Shown piece after piece: positions 27,574 through 35,770 of a stretch of 35,770 nt of DNA. The DNA comes from Rickettsiales bacterium. Lineage in GTDB: Bacteria > Pseudomonadota > Alphaproteobacteria > Rickettsiales > UBA1997. The stretch spans positions 1 to 35,770 of the forward strand of contig CANMEW010000001.1 of NCBI GenBank assembly GCA_947496905.1, written 5' to 3'. The notes under the pieces are model-generated. The model made no database searches, was not told the origin of the DNA, and worked only from the letters and a program-made list of their open reading frames with translations. Position numbers and translations under genes: made by a program. The number at the start of each line of letters is the position of its first letter. Positions within the stretch are counted from its first letter, which is position 1.

Positions 27574-29175
27574 ATGTCCAAAACAATCCCTTCCTCCTGC
27601 GAATCAAATCCCACAAATCGAAAAAAAGTCATCATTCTTGGATCGGGTCCGAACCGCATTGGACAAGGCATCGAGTTTGACTACACTTGCGTTCACGCCG
27701 CATTCGCTTTTAAAGAAAATGACGTGGAAGCAATCATGGTGAATTGCAATCCAGAAACAGTTTCAACTGACTACGACACTTCTGATCGCCTTTATTTCGA
27801 GCCACTCACCGCTGAAGACACAATCGAGCTCATCAAAAAAGAAATGACCAATGGCGAATTGCTCGGCGTCAATGTGCAGTTCGGAGGTCAAACCCCACTT
27901 AGTCTCGCCAAATTTTTGCAAGACGAGGGTGTGCCAATCATCGGCACCTCACCAGACATGATCGACCTCGCTGAAGATCGCGATCGCTTCAAAAAATTAC
28001 TGCAAAAACTCGACCTAAACCAGCCACAAAATTACATCGCCTATTCCGCAAAACAGGTTCTTGAACAAGTTAATGAGGTCGGATTTCCGGTTGTTGTTCG
28101 ACCTTCCTACGTGCTTGGTGGGCGCGGCATGGCAATCGTTTACAATGAATCCTATTTGATGAAATATCTCGTTGAATATGCAGATGTTTTTGAAACCGGA
28201 CCATTGCTGCTCGATAAATTTTTAACCGATGCAATTGAGGTGGATGTGGACGCGCTGTGCGATGGAGAAGAAGTGTTCGTTGCTGGCATCATGCAACACA
28301 TTGAAGAAGCCGGCATCCATTCTGGAGATTCTGCCTGTTCAATTCCGCCTTATTCTCTTTCTCAAAAAATGATTGATGAGGTGAAGGTAGCTACGAAAAA
28401 ACTGGCGCTAGCCTTGAATGTGAAGGGCTTGATGAATGTTCAATATGCCATTCAAGATGAAAGGCTTTTTGTTTTAGAGGTGAATCCAAGGGCATCTCGT
28501 ACCGTGCCATTCGTGGCTAAAGCAACTGGCATCGCTGTGGCAAAAATCGCCTCGCTAATCATGATTGGGAAAAAACTTTCCGAGTTCAAATTGCAGGAAA
28601 AAAAGCTGAATTATTTTGCCGTCAAAGAAGTGGTTTTCCCATTCGCCCGCTTCAGCAATACTGACACAATTTTGGGACCAGAAATGAAATCGACTGGAGA
28701 AGTGATGGGGATCGACAAAACCTTCGCCCTAGCCTTCGCCAAAGCTCAAGTTGCAGCTGGAGTAAAACTCACCACCGATGGCTTAGTTTTTCTTTCCGTC
28801 AAAGATTCTGACAAAAAATATCTGCCAGAAATTTCCAGAAAATTAATTGAGATCGGATTTAAACTTGTTGCCACTCGCGGCACCGCAAAATTCCTCGCCG
28901 AAAATGACATCGCAGTTACAATCGTGAATAAAATTACCGAGGACAAACCTCACGTTGTTGACATGATCGATCGCAAGGAAATTTCCCTCGTCATCAACAC
29001 CACTGAGGGCGAGCAAGCCACGAAGGACAGCTTTTCAATTCGTCGCACTTCTTTGATGAGAGGCGTGAGCTACACCACCACAATCTCCGGAGCCAAAGCC
29101 TTGGTTGATGCCATCGAGGCCTACAAAAATAACGGCTGCAAATTTGAAGTCCGCGCTCTGCAAGATTTGGGATAA
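27574..29175 (+). CDS. carB: carbamoyl-phosphate synthase large subunit, C-terminal half only
   Basis: 533 aa. It starts [36 protein letters not shown], which corresponds to the start of the second ATP-grasp repeat of CarB. It continues through the MGS-like allosteric domain. No N-terminal half lies upstream. Confidence 0.9.
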   Translation: MSKTIPSSCESNPTNRKKVIILGSGPNRIGQGIEFDYTCVHAAFAFKENDVEAIMVNCNPETVSTDYDTSDRLYFEPLTAEDTIELIKKEMTNGELLGVNVQFGGQTPLSLAKFLQDEGVPIIGTSPDMIDLAEDRDRFKKLLQKLDLNQPQNYIAYSAKQVLEQVNEVGFPVVVRPSYVLGGRGMAIVYNESYLMKYLVEYADVFETGPLLLDKFLTDAIEVDVDALCDGEEVFVAGIMQHIEEAGIHSGDSACSIPPYSLSQKMIDEVKVATKKLALALNVKGLMNVQYAIQDERLFVLEVNPRASRTVPFVAKATGIAVAKIASLIMIGKKLSEFKLQEKKLNYFAVKEVVFPFARFSNTDTILGPEMKSTGEVMGIDKTFALAFAKAQVAAGVKLTTDGLVFLSVKDSDKKYLPEISRKLIEIGFKLVATRGTAKFLAENDIAVTIVNKITEDKPHVVDMIDRKEISLVINTTEGEQATKDSFSIRRTSLMRGVSYTTTISGAKALVDAIEAYKNNGCKFEVRALQDLG

Positions 29176-29317
29176 AGGAACCTCTGAAAAACCATCTTTT
29201 CCGGAAATTTTTTCGTTACCAAATTTTTTCGCGAGCACGTACATCAAGGTACGCTTTCCTGCTCAAAAATTTGTTGCCTAAAAATTTCTCGAAAAATCTA
29301 GGTTTTTCAGAGGCTCC
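29176..29317 (-). mobile_element. family A MITE-like palindromic element (ctctgaaaa terminus variant)
   Basis: aggaacctctgaaaaacc ... tttttcagaggctcc. It is flanked by TAA 29173-29175 (the carB stop) and TAA 29318-29320. Confidence 0.8.
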
Positions 29318-29341
29318 TAAAATTTTCTTAGACCCAGATCC

Positions 29342-30733
29342 CTACTTCAAATTCTTCACAATCTCTTCGACGACTTTTTTAGCATCGCCGAAAATCATTA
29401 GCGTGTTGTCCTTGTAGAATAGCTCATTCTCAACTCCGGCGTAGCCCGCTGCCATTGAACGCTTCACAAAGAAAACAGTTTTTGCATGCTCAACATCCAA
29501 AATTGGCATGCCGTAAATTGGACTGTCCTTGTCAGTTTTTGCTGCTGGATTAGTGACGTCATTGGCACCAATCACGAAGGCGACATCGGTTGATTTGAAC
29601 TCGCCGTTAATGTCATCCAACTCGAAAACTTTTTCGTAATCGATGTTGGCTTCGGCGAGTAGAACATTCATGTGACCCGGCATTCTTCCCGCTACTGGAT
29701 GAATCGCGAATTTCACATTCACACCCGCTTCTTCTAGCAACTTCGTCATTTCCGCAACCGCATGCTGCGCACCTGCAACCGCCATTCCGTAACCAGGAAT
29801 AATTACCACAGAGGAAGCGCCTTTCATTAAATAAGCGGCATCTTCGGCATTACCTTGCTTGGTTGGTCTTTGCTCCTTCTCCTCCCCAGTAACCGCTTGA
29901 ACCTGATCGCCAAATCCAGAAAACATCACATTGAGAATTGAGCGATTCATCGCCTTGCACATGATGTAACTGAGGATTGCGCCAGATGCACCAACCAAGG
30001 CTCCAGCAATGATGAGAAGTGGATTATTGAGCGTGAAACCGATGCCACTTGCCGCCCATCCCGAATAGGAATTTAGCATGGAGACCACGACCGGCATGTC
30101 TGCACCACCAACGGGAGCAATCAGCATGAAGCCGATGAAGAAGGAAAGTAGCGTGAGTAGGATGAATAAAAATTTTGAACCAAAAATAAAAAATGCTAGC
30201 AGCACAATTCCCAAGCCAATCGCCACATATTTAGAAGATTTTTTTGGGTCTTTTTTGAAGATGATGAATTTTGATTTCATGTTGCCGTTGAGCTTGAGGA
30301 AGGCAACGATGGAGCCGGTGAAGGTGATGGCGCCGATTACTGCACCAATGCCCATTTCGATCAGGCTAGAGAATTTGATGTGATTATCTTCGACTAGATT
30401 GAAAGAATTTGGCGACCACAGAGCGCTTGCCGCGATTAGCACTGCAGCCAATCCAACCAAAGAGTGAAAGCCGGCAACAAGTTGTGGCATTGCGGTCATT
30501 TTAACTTTTCTGGCGATGTAGGCGCCAATCCCGCCGCCAATCGCGATTGCCACAATGATGGTAAAAACATTTTTAACCTGCGGCAAAAACAGCGTGGTTA
30601 GAATCGCTAAACCCATTCCCGCCATGCCAAAATAATTTCCGATGCGCGAAGTTTTTGGCGAGGAAAGTCCGTAGAGCGAAAGAATGAAGAGGGTGGCTGA
30701 AACTAGGTAGGAGAAGGCAATGAAGCTGTTCAT
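29342..30733 (-). CDS. pntB: NAD(P) transhydrogenase subunit beta
   Basis: 463 aa with an N-terminal polytopic membrane domain and a C-terminal NADP(H)-binding domain ([30 protein letters not shown]). Confidence 0.93.
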   Translation of the reverse strand: MNSFIAFSYLVSATLFILSLYGLSSPKTSRIGNYFGMAGMGLAILTTLFLPQVKNVFTIIVAIAIGGGIGAYIARKVKMTAMPQLVAGFHSLVGLAAVLIAASALWSPNSFNLVEDNHIKFSSLIEMGIGAVIGAITFTGSIVAFLKLNGNMKSKFIIFKKDPKKSSKYVAIGLGIVLLAFFIFGSKFLFILLTLLSFFIGFMLIAPVGGADMPVVVSMLNSYSGWAASGIGFTLNNPLLIIAGALVGASGAILSYIMCKAMNRSILNVMFSGFGDQVQAVTGEEKEQRPTKQGNAEDAAYLMKGASSVVIIPGYGMAVAGAQHAVAEMTKLLEEAGVNVKFAIHPVAGRMPGHMNVLLAEANIDYEKVFELDDINGEFKSTDVAFVIGANDVTNPAAKTDKDSPIYGMPILDVEHAKTVFFVKRSMAAGYAGVENELFYKDNTLMIFGDAKKVVEEIVKNLK

Positions 30734-31045
30734 GATTTGAAGATTTTATTTGGTTTAGGATTTATTTTTAAACCCAGATCCGTCATTGGAAATTTTAGGA
30801 GAGTTTAGTTCTGGCTACAAAAGCTGAACCCGCGCCTAGGGCTGCTCTAAGACCACTCGCTTAGAGCCGCATGCGCTCAAGGCAGTTTTTTAAAAAATTA
30901 CTAATTCCATTTTTTGCAAATCAAACTCTGTAACGCCCTGAATTTAGGGCATCGAGCAAAAAGTCCAATTTTCTACGCGCCGTAGAAAATTCAAAAAACG
31001 CGCCAAAATTATGCAGCAAAAAACACCAAAATAATTCAGGGCTAA

Positions 31046-31192
31046 GGGCGCCTCTGAAAATTAGATTTTTTCGAGAAATTTTGAGGAAAAAAATTGCGCC
31101 GAGCGCAGAAAGCTTACTCTGATGTACGTGCCGTGCTGCGCAAATTTATCTGACGATAAAATTACCGAAAAAAGCAATTTTTAGAGACACCC
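31046..31192 (+). mobile_element. family A MITE-like palindromic element
   Basis: gggcgcctctgaaaatt ... aatttttagagacaccc. The flanks are cTAA (31042-31045) and TTAA (31193-31196). TTA at 31193-31195 is the queH stop codon on the minus strand. Confidence 0.8.
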
Positions 31193-31828
31193 TTAAGAGT
31201 AAAATTCTTCGCAGATTTTGATCTCGTCTCGACCATTTTTTACGCGCCGATTGTTGCTGTCTCTCAGACTAAAAATGCAACCGCAATATTCCTGTTTGTA
31301 GAATTCTTCGCGCTTGGCGATTTCGTACATTCTTGCGGCACCGCCAGACTTGCGCCAATTGTAGGTCCAATAGGTGATGTCATCGTAATTTTTTGCAGCA
31401 CGAATTCCGCATTCATTAATTTGATCCATATTTTTCCAACGCGAAATGCCGAGTGACGAAGTGATGATTTTAAAACCATTTTCAGCGGCGTAGAGTGCCG
31501 TGCGCTCAAAGCGCATGTCGAAACATTTAGTACAGCGCAATCCGCGCTCCGGCTCCAACTCCAAACCTTTGGCGCGCGCGAACCAATTTTGAACATCGTA
31601 ATCAGCATCGACGAAGGGAATTTCTAACTTTTCAGCAAAGCGAATATTTTCTTCTTTGCGAATTTCATATTCTTTTTTGGGATGGATATTTGGATTGTAG
31701 AAAAAAATCGTGACGTCAATTCCGGACTTTTTCATGCGCTCCATTAAGTCTCCTGCGCAAGGCGCACAGCAGCTATGCATGAGAACGCGATTGTCGGTGG
31801 CGTTGGATGGGAGTTGTAATTCCTGCAT
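31193..31828 (-). CDS. queH: epoxyqueuosine reductase QueH (DUF208)
   Basis: Start chosen at ATG 31828 (MQELQ...). The motifs HSCCAPC and CxxC...YCGC are typical of QueH. Confidence 0.82.
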   Translation of the reverse strand: MQELQLPSNATDNRVLMHSCCAPCAGDLMERMKKSGIDVTIFFYNPNIHPKKEYEIRKEENIRFAEKLEIPFVDADYDVQNWFARAKGLELEPERGLRCTKCFDMRFERTALYAAENGFKIITSSLGISRWKNMDQINECGIRAAKNYDDITYWTYNWRKSGGAARMYEIAKREEFYKQEYCGCIFSLRDSNNRRVKNGRDEIKICEEFYS

Positions 31829-31853
31829 AATTTTAACTGAATTTTTTGTAAAA

Positions 31854-32722
31854 ATGCCCGAATTGCCAGAGGTAGAGACGATCCGCAAAGGCTTGAAAAG
31901 TTTGAGTGGAAAGAAAATCGAGAGAATTTTTCGCTCAGAAAAAAATTACGAACTGCTTCAAACCTTGATTTACAAGGCTTAGACGGTGCAGAGATTTTGA
32001 AAATCACTAGAAGAGCTCGTTACTTAATTTTTCAATTCAGCAACGAAAAAAGTCTAATCATTCACTTGGGAATGAGCGGAAAACTCACGCTGAGCAAAAC
32101 CTTCAATCACCTAAAGCACGACCATTTTGCCTGCAAATTTAACGATGCTTCTTGGTTAATTTTTAACGATCCGCGACGTTTTGGATTCATTGACTTGGTC
32201 GAAACTAAAAATTTAGAAAATCATCAAATGCTGGAGAATCTCGGTCCCGAGCCGCTTTCGAAAGATTTTAATTTTGCTTACCTTCGACAAAAACTGCGTG
32301 GCAAAAAAATGAACATCAAGACCAGCATGATGGACAATAAAATTGTTGTTGGGGTCGGAAATATTTACATCAACGAGTCGTTGTTCGACTCAAAAATTTT
32401 ACCACTACGCGAAGCATCAAGCTTGGAAGATTTTGAAATTAAAGCGCTCATCACCTCAATCAAAAAAATCATAAAAAAAGCAATCGCCTTGGGAGGGTCA
32501 TCAATCTCAGATTACGTTAATGCCAAAGGAGATTCGGGGAATTTCCAAAACTGGTTTAAAGTCTACGGGCGCGCGGGGCAAAAATGTTTGCATTGTAAAA
32601 GTTCGATCGAAAGACTCATCCGGAGCGGCCGCTCGAGCTTCTTCTGCCCAACCTGTCCAAATTCTTTACGCCGCACGAGCGGCGCCCCACGTTGTGTGGA
32701 ACCCCATACCGAATCTGATTAA
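31854..32722 (+). pseudogene. mutM: formamidopyrimidine-DNA glycosylase with a frameshift in an A7 run
   Basis: [14 protein letters not shown]... (31854-31982) stops after 42 aa. The next frame reads [33 protein letters not shown]...HLGMSGKL and runs to the zinc finger CLHC...CPTC. One extra A in 31939-31945 would restore a single ORF. Confidence 0.85.
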
Positions 32723-32763
32723 TACGAAAAAAACAGTTCGGCGCCCTTCAATCAGATTCGGTA
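32667..32763 (+). repeat. family B multi-hairpin element overlapping the mutM 3' end
   Basis: It aligns with the reverse complement of 17969-18056. It contains the mutM stop (32720-32722) and encodes the last ~18 residues after the zinc finger. Confidence 0.65.
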
Positions 32764-32768
32764 CAATC

Positions 32769-33170
32769 ATGAAAAAAAACTTAGCGTTAATTCTGTCAGT
32801 TTTTCTGCTTTTTTCTTGTTCAGAAAATTTTTCTACAAAACCAAAAATTACTGAGGAGCAAGCCTCAAAAGAATTTGTGCAGGGTAGCGAAGATATTCCG
32901 CTTTTAGTAGGAATGGATAAAACTTCCGACGAAAGTTTGGGCTTCGATTCTGACTTAGGCAGCATTGCGTCCTCCAACTACTCAACCGAGATTGATCTCC
33001 AAAAAGTTAGAAATTTTTATTTAAAAACTTTGCCACAAATGGGTTGGAATCTAGTGCAAAATAACGAGGCAAAATCTGGCTTTAAGCGCGAGAAGGAAAA
33101 GTTAGAAATCGAATTCACGAAGCAGTCACCAAAAAATATTGTGAGATTTTTTACTTCCTCGGATCTGTAG
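32769..33170 (+). CDS. hypothetical lipoprotein
   Basis: ATG 32769 gives MKKNLALILSVFLLFSCSEN (lipobox LFSC). The track ORF start at 32520 overlaps mutM and the repeat. Confidence 0.6.
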   Translation: MKKNLALILSVFLLFSCSENFSTKPKITEEQASKEFVQGSEDIPLLVGMDKTSDESLGFDSDLGSIASSNYSTEIDLQKVRNFYLKTLPQMGWNLVQNNEAKSGFKREKEKLEIEFTKQSPKNIVRFFTSSDL

Positions 33171-33190
33171 GTGGTGATTCGAAATCTAGG

Positions 33191-33346
33191 CATTGTTAGC
33201 TAATTATTTCTTTCGGGATTTTTCGTTAATTTTTAGCGATTTTTTTACAAAATTTTGCCGATGCATTCTACATACCTCAAAAAATTTTGTGAAAAAATGA
33301 GCCAAAATTGACGGAAAAGAGCGGAGAAAATAATTAGCTAACAGTG
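33191..33346. repeat. long imperfect palindrome (about 65-bp arms), single copy in the window
   Basis: tgttagctaattatttc (33194-33210) pairs with gaaaataattagctaaca (33326-33343). The arms remain similar inward. The right arm contains the stop codon of the Fe-ADH gene. Confidence 0.55.
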
Positions 33347-34503
33347 TCTAAGCAAGTAAAGCGGTTTCGGATAAATTTTGCATTGGTCACGCAAGCAGCA
33401 TATTCAGCATTCGAAAGCCCTAATGACCTCGGAGAAGTTTTAATTTTGAAGTGTGAAAAAATCGCCTTTAGGCGCGATTCATCGAAATAAATTTTCTGCA
33501 AATCTTTTTGAATTTTTTTCCAATCCACCTCCGAAGGTGCGCTGATCTCAGCCTTCATTTCAAACTCTTTCCCGCATTGCAGCGCGATTTTTTTTCCAAA
33601 AAATTTTTCTAATTTTTTTAGCGAAAATTCGCATTTTTTAACAAGCGGTAGTGCGCAATTTTCCAACAGGTTTTTTTGCAACCTCGCTGAAGTTAATGTC
33701 GTCACTGCGATTTGCGCCCCGTGCAAAATTTCCCTGACAATTTTCGGATATTTCATTCCAATTGTGTGGGCAATTAGATGCTCCGATTGACTTGCTGGGT
33801 AAGAGCCTCCGGCAATTGTCATCCCCCTCCCAGAAAGTAATAAAATTTCAATTAATAGCTTGAGAAAAGCATCGTCGCGCAAAGAAAAATTCTGAAAATT
33901 TTTGGTGAAAAAATTCATTTTTTTTGCGAGTAGTAAGAAGGGTTTTTGATCGAATTCTGTGCCGCAAATTTTGTGGGATAAATACCAGTCAAACCAGCAG
34001 GAATAAAAACAAAGACTGTCACCAATGCCAGCCTTTGTAAGCGCCAATGGCGCTGATTGTAAAATTCCTAAATCACAAAAAATTACCAAAGGCAATGTGG
34101 CCGGAAGAGTTTTTTTGTGACCAGAAATTGTGATTGAAGCATTTTTGGATGCGTAGCCGTTCATCGATGCAGCTGAGGCGAAAATTACGTAAGGAATTTT
34201 TTTCTGCGCCGAGGTAAATTTACACAAATCATTGATGGTGCCGCTTCCAAGACCAATTAGCAGATCACATTTTTTTGTAGCAGCGGCAATTTTTTTTAGA
34301 TTTTTTTCGTCAGCATGCGGATTTTTTAGCAGTAAAATTTTGTCGATTTTTTTGATAAAATTTTCGTCAAAAAAACGCCGACAATTTTTCCAAATTTTTT
34401 CATCACTGACGAATAAAATTTTGCCATCCGCAAAGCCTAATTGAGCAATTAAGCTTTCTGCTTTCACCGCTAGAGCCGTCGCTATTTCTACATTTCCTGA
34501 CAT
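33334..34503 (-). CDS. iron-containing alcohol dehydrogenase family protein (Fe-ADH_2 / glycerol-1-phosphate dehydrogenase-like)
   Basis: 389 aa. The glycine-rich GLGSGTINDLCKF nucleotide-binding motif and the HxxxH-type region SEHLIAHTIG are present. The specific substrate cannot be inferred. Confidence 0.55.
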   Translation of the reverse strand: MSGNVEIATALAVKAESLIAQLGFADGKILFVSDEKIWKNCRRFFDENFIKKIDKILLLKNPHADEKNLKKIAAATKKCDLLIGLGSGTINDLCKFTSAQKKIPYVIFASAASMNGYASKNASITISGHKKTLPATLPLVIFCDLGILQSAPLALTKAGIGDSLCFYSCWFDWYLSHKICGTEFDQKPFLLLAKKMNFFTKNFQNFSLRDDAFLKLLIEILLLSGRGMTIAGGSYPASQSEHLIAHTIGMKYPKIVREILHGAQIAVTTLTSARLQKNLLENCALPLVKKCEFSLKKLEKFFGKKIALQCGKEFEMKAEISAPSEVDWKKIQKDLQKIYFDESRLKAIFSHFKIKTSPRSLGLSNAEYAACVTNAKFIRNRFTCLDTVS

Positions 34504-34612
34504 TAAAACTTGTGGGATAAAAATTGATTTTTATGTTGCCGCGCTCTTCTCGCGCTCCTCGTTGCCGCAGCTTCCTCTCATCAAAATTGCCAAATCAAAC
34601 TCAACTTAAGCA

Positions 34613-34957
34613 ATGGACAATCTTCAATTATTCCTACTAGTTCTTCAGATAATCATTGCCCTTGCTCTAATAATTTTAGTTCTGTTACAAAAATCAGACG
34701 GTGACATTTTGAGCGGCATTGGCGGCGGTTCAGGAGGCTTAAATTCTGCAATGTCTGGCAAGGCTGCGATGAATGCTTTAAGCAAAACCACAATGATTTT
34801 AAGCGGCCTTTTCATGCTTAACTGCCTAGTTCTCGCTTCAATTTCGAATGCCTCCAATAAAGCGATTAAAAAGGATTTAGAAAAAATTATCGAGCAACAA
34901 GAAAAAATCGAAGGCGCCACAACTCCAACCACTCCAGCCGTTCCCCCAGTAGAATAA
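34613..34957 (+). CDS. secG: preprotein translocase subunit SecG
   Basis: 114 aa. There are two TM helices separated by the glycine-rich loop LLQKSDGDILSGIGGGSGG. Confidence 0.88.
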   Translation: MDNLQLFLLVLQIIIALALIILVLLQKSDGDILSGIGGGSGGLNSAMSGKAAMNALSKTTMILSGLFMLNCLVLASISNASNKAIKKDLEKIIEQQEKIEGATTPTTPAVPPVE

Positions 34958-35098
34958 GGGTATCTCTAAAAATTGCTTTTTACGGAAATTTTGTCGTTAC
35001 CAAATTTTTTCGCGAGCACGTACAAGTAGTACGCTTTCCTGCTCAAAAATTCGGATGCCTAAAAATTTCTCGAAAAAATCTAATTTTTAGAGATACCC
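34958..35098 (-). mobile_element. family A MITE-like palindromic element
   Basis: gggtatctctaaaaatt ... aatttttagagataccc, with perfectly complementary 9-bp tips. It is flanked by ATAA on both sides (34954-34957, containing the secG stop, and 35099-35102). Confidence 0.8.
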
Positions 35099-35114
35099 AT
35101 AAACCTCTTTCAAC

Positions 35115-35770
35115 ATGACAAAAACAACCGCTCTAAACCAAGCGCATCGTAATCAAGGCGCCAAAATGGTGGAGTTCGCTGGCTACGACATGCCAGTTCA
35201 ATATTCCGATGGCATGCTTAAAGAGCATGAATGGACGCGCTCTGGCAATGTTGGAATTTTTGACGTCTCGCACATGGGGCAATTCATCGCTGAGGGCGTA
35301 GAGGTAGTAAAATTTTTATCCCACATCACTCCAACTGATTTTTCTCTCAGCACTCCTGCACTAGCTAAATACACTGTCCTCACTAATGCAGAAGGCGGAA
35401 TTATCGATGACCTAATCATTACTAAACTTACCGACACAAAATTCTTCATCGTGCTCAATGCCGGCTGCAAAAAAAAGGATATGGAGTGGATTCGCAAAAA
35501 TTTGCCCGCAGGAATTTCTTTTACAGAACTCTCTGATCGCTCACTAATTGCTGTTCAGGGCGGTAAGGCCGAAGAAGTTTTAAACAGATTTTTGACTGCA
35601 GGAAATTTAGCGCAATTGCCTTACATGAATCTCGGCACTTACAAGCTAAAAAATGGCGAGGAAGTTTTTATCAGCCGCACAGGATACACTGGTGAAGATG
35701 GTTTTGAGGTTTCGATCAAAAATTCTGCCGTGGAAAAATTTTGGCTAGATTTGTCAGCGCAATCTGAGGT
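35115..35770 (+). CDS. gcvT: glycine cleavage system aminomethyltransferase T, 5' partial
   Basis: It is not in the ORF track because there is no in-window stop. My translation from ATG 35115 is MTKTTALNQAHRNQGAKMVEFAGYDMPVQYSDGMLKEHEWTRSGNVGIFDVSHMGQF... and it stays open to the window end. Confidence 0.9.
   Translation, partial: MTKTTALNQAHRNQGAKMVEFAGYDMPVQYSDGMLKEHEWTRSGNVGIFDVSHMGQFIAEGVEVVKFLSHITPTDFSLSTPALAKYTVLTNAEGGIIDDLIITKLTDTKFFIVLNAGCKKKDMEWIRKNLPAGISFTELSDRSLIAVQGGKAEEVLNRFLTAGNLAQLPYMNLGTYKLKNGEEVFISRTGYTGEDGFEVSIKNSAVEKFWLDLSAQSE

Noticed and set aside
27240-27680. ORFs 27240-27452 (minus) and 27387-27680 (plus)
   Set aside because: They overlap the tmRNA acceptor piece and spacer. 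The locus is fully explained by ssrA (CCA end, G3:U acceptor stem, ANDN...LAA tag).
29332-30781. 10-bp direct repeat acccagatcc on both sides of pntB (29332-29341 and 30772-30781)
   Set aside because: Exact 10-mer matches are expected many times by chance in a 35.8-kb window. No additional similarity extends from either copy.
31854-32000. Programmed ribosomal frameshifting as the explanation for the mutM split
   Set aside because: There is no Shine-Dalgarno-like stimulator and no downstream pseudoknot, and no precedent I know of exists for fpg. An indel or transcriptional slippage in the A7 run is the simpler reading.

Overview
This is a visibly AT-rich chromosomal segment. A permuted two-piece tmRNA and the gene content place it in the Alphaproteobacteria, with the look of a Rickettsiales/Holosporales-type endosymbiont. 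Most of the window is housekeeping. Genes called: glyQ, thrC, rppH, holC, mltA, the conserved rpsB-tsf-pyrH-frr-uppS-cdsA block (here followed by thiG), htrA, a Cox11-like ctaG, dusB, plsC, zntB, a DUF3833 lipoprotein, lipA, phoU, purD, tgt, ccmG, pyrF, plsY, sspB, ssrA, a half-size carB, pntB, queH, mutM, a Fe-ADH-family gene, secG and the 5' part of gcvT. Five things go beyond ordinary gene content. (1) A ~140-bp palindromic MITE-like element (family A) occurs 8 times. It is flanked by TAA/NTAA duplications, and five times one terminus sits directly on a gene's stop codon. (2) A second small palindromic element is inserted in frame inside pyrF, in the style of Rickettsia palindromic elements (RPE). 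An 88 percent identical sister copy lies in an intergenic spacer. Two further structured repeat types overlap the 3' ends of mutM and the Fe-ADH gene. (3) The two-piece tmRNA encodes a tag with an internally duplicated ANDNF motif. It lies two genes from the tag adaptor gene sspB. (4) There are two orphan paralogs that fuse a prepilin-type N-terminus to a LamG-like domain, and one of them is frameshifted. (5) There are signs of gene decay or assembly error: single-base frameshifts in lipA and mutM (the latter in an A7 run) and a carB ORF covering only the C-terminal half. No CRISPR array, rRNA, canonical tRNA, transposase or phage gene was seen. Coordinates of non-coding features were read by eye against the ORF-track anchors and may be off by a few bases.
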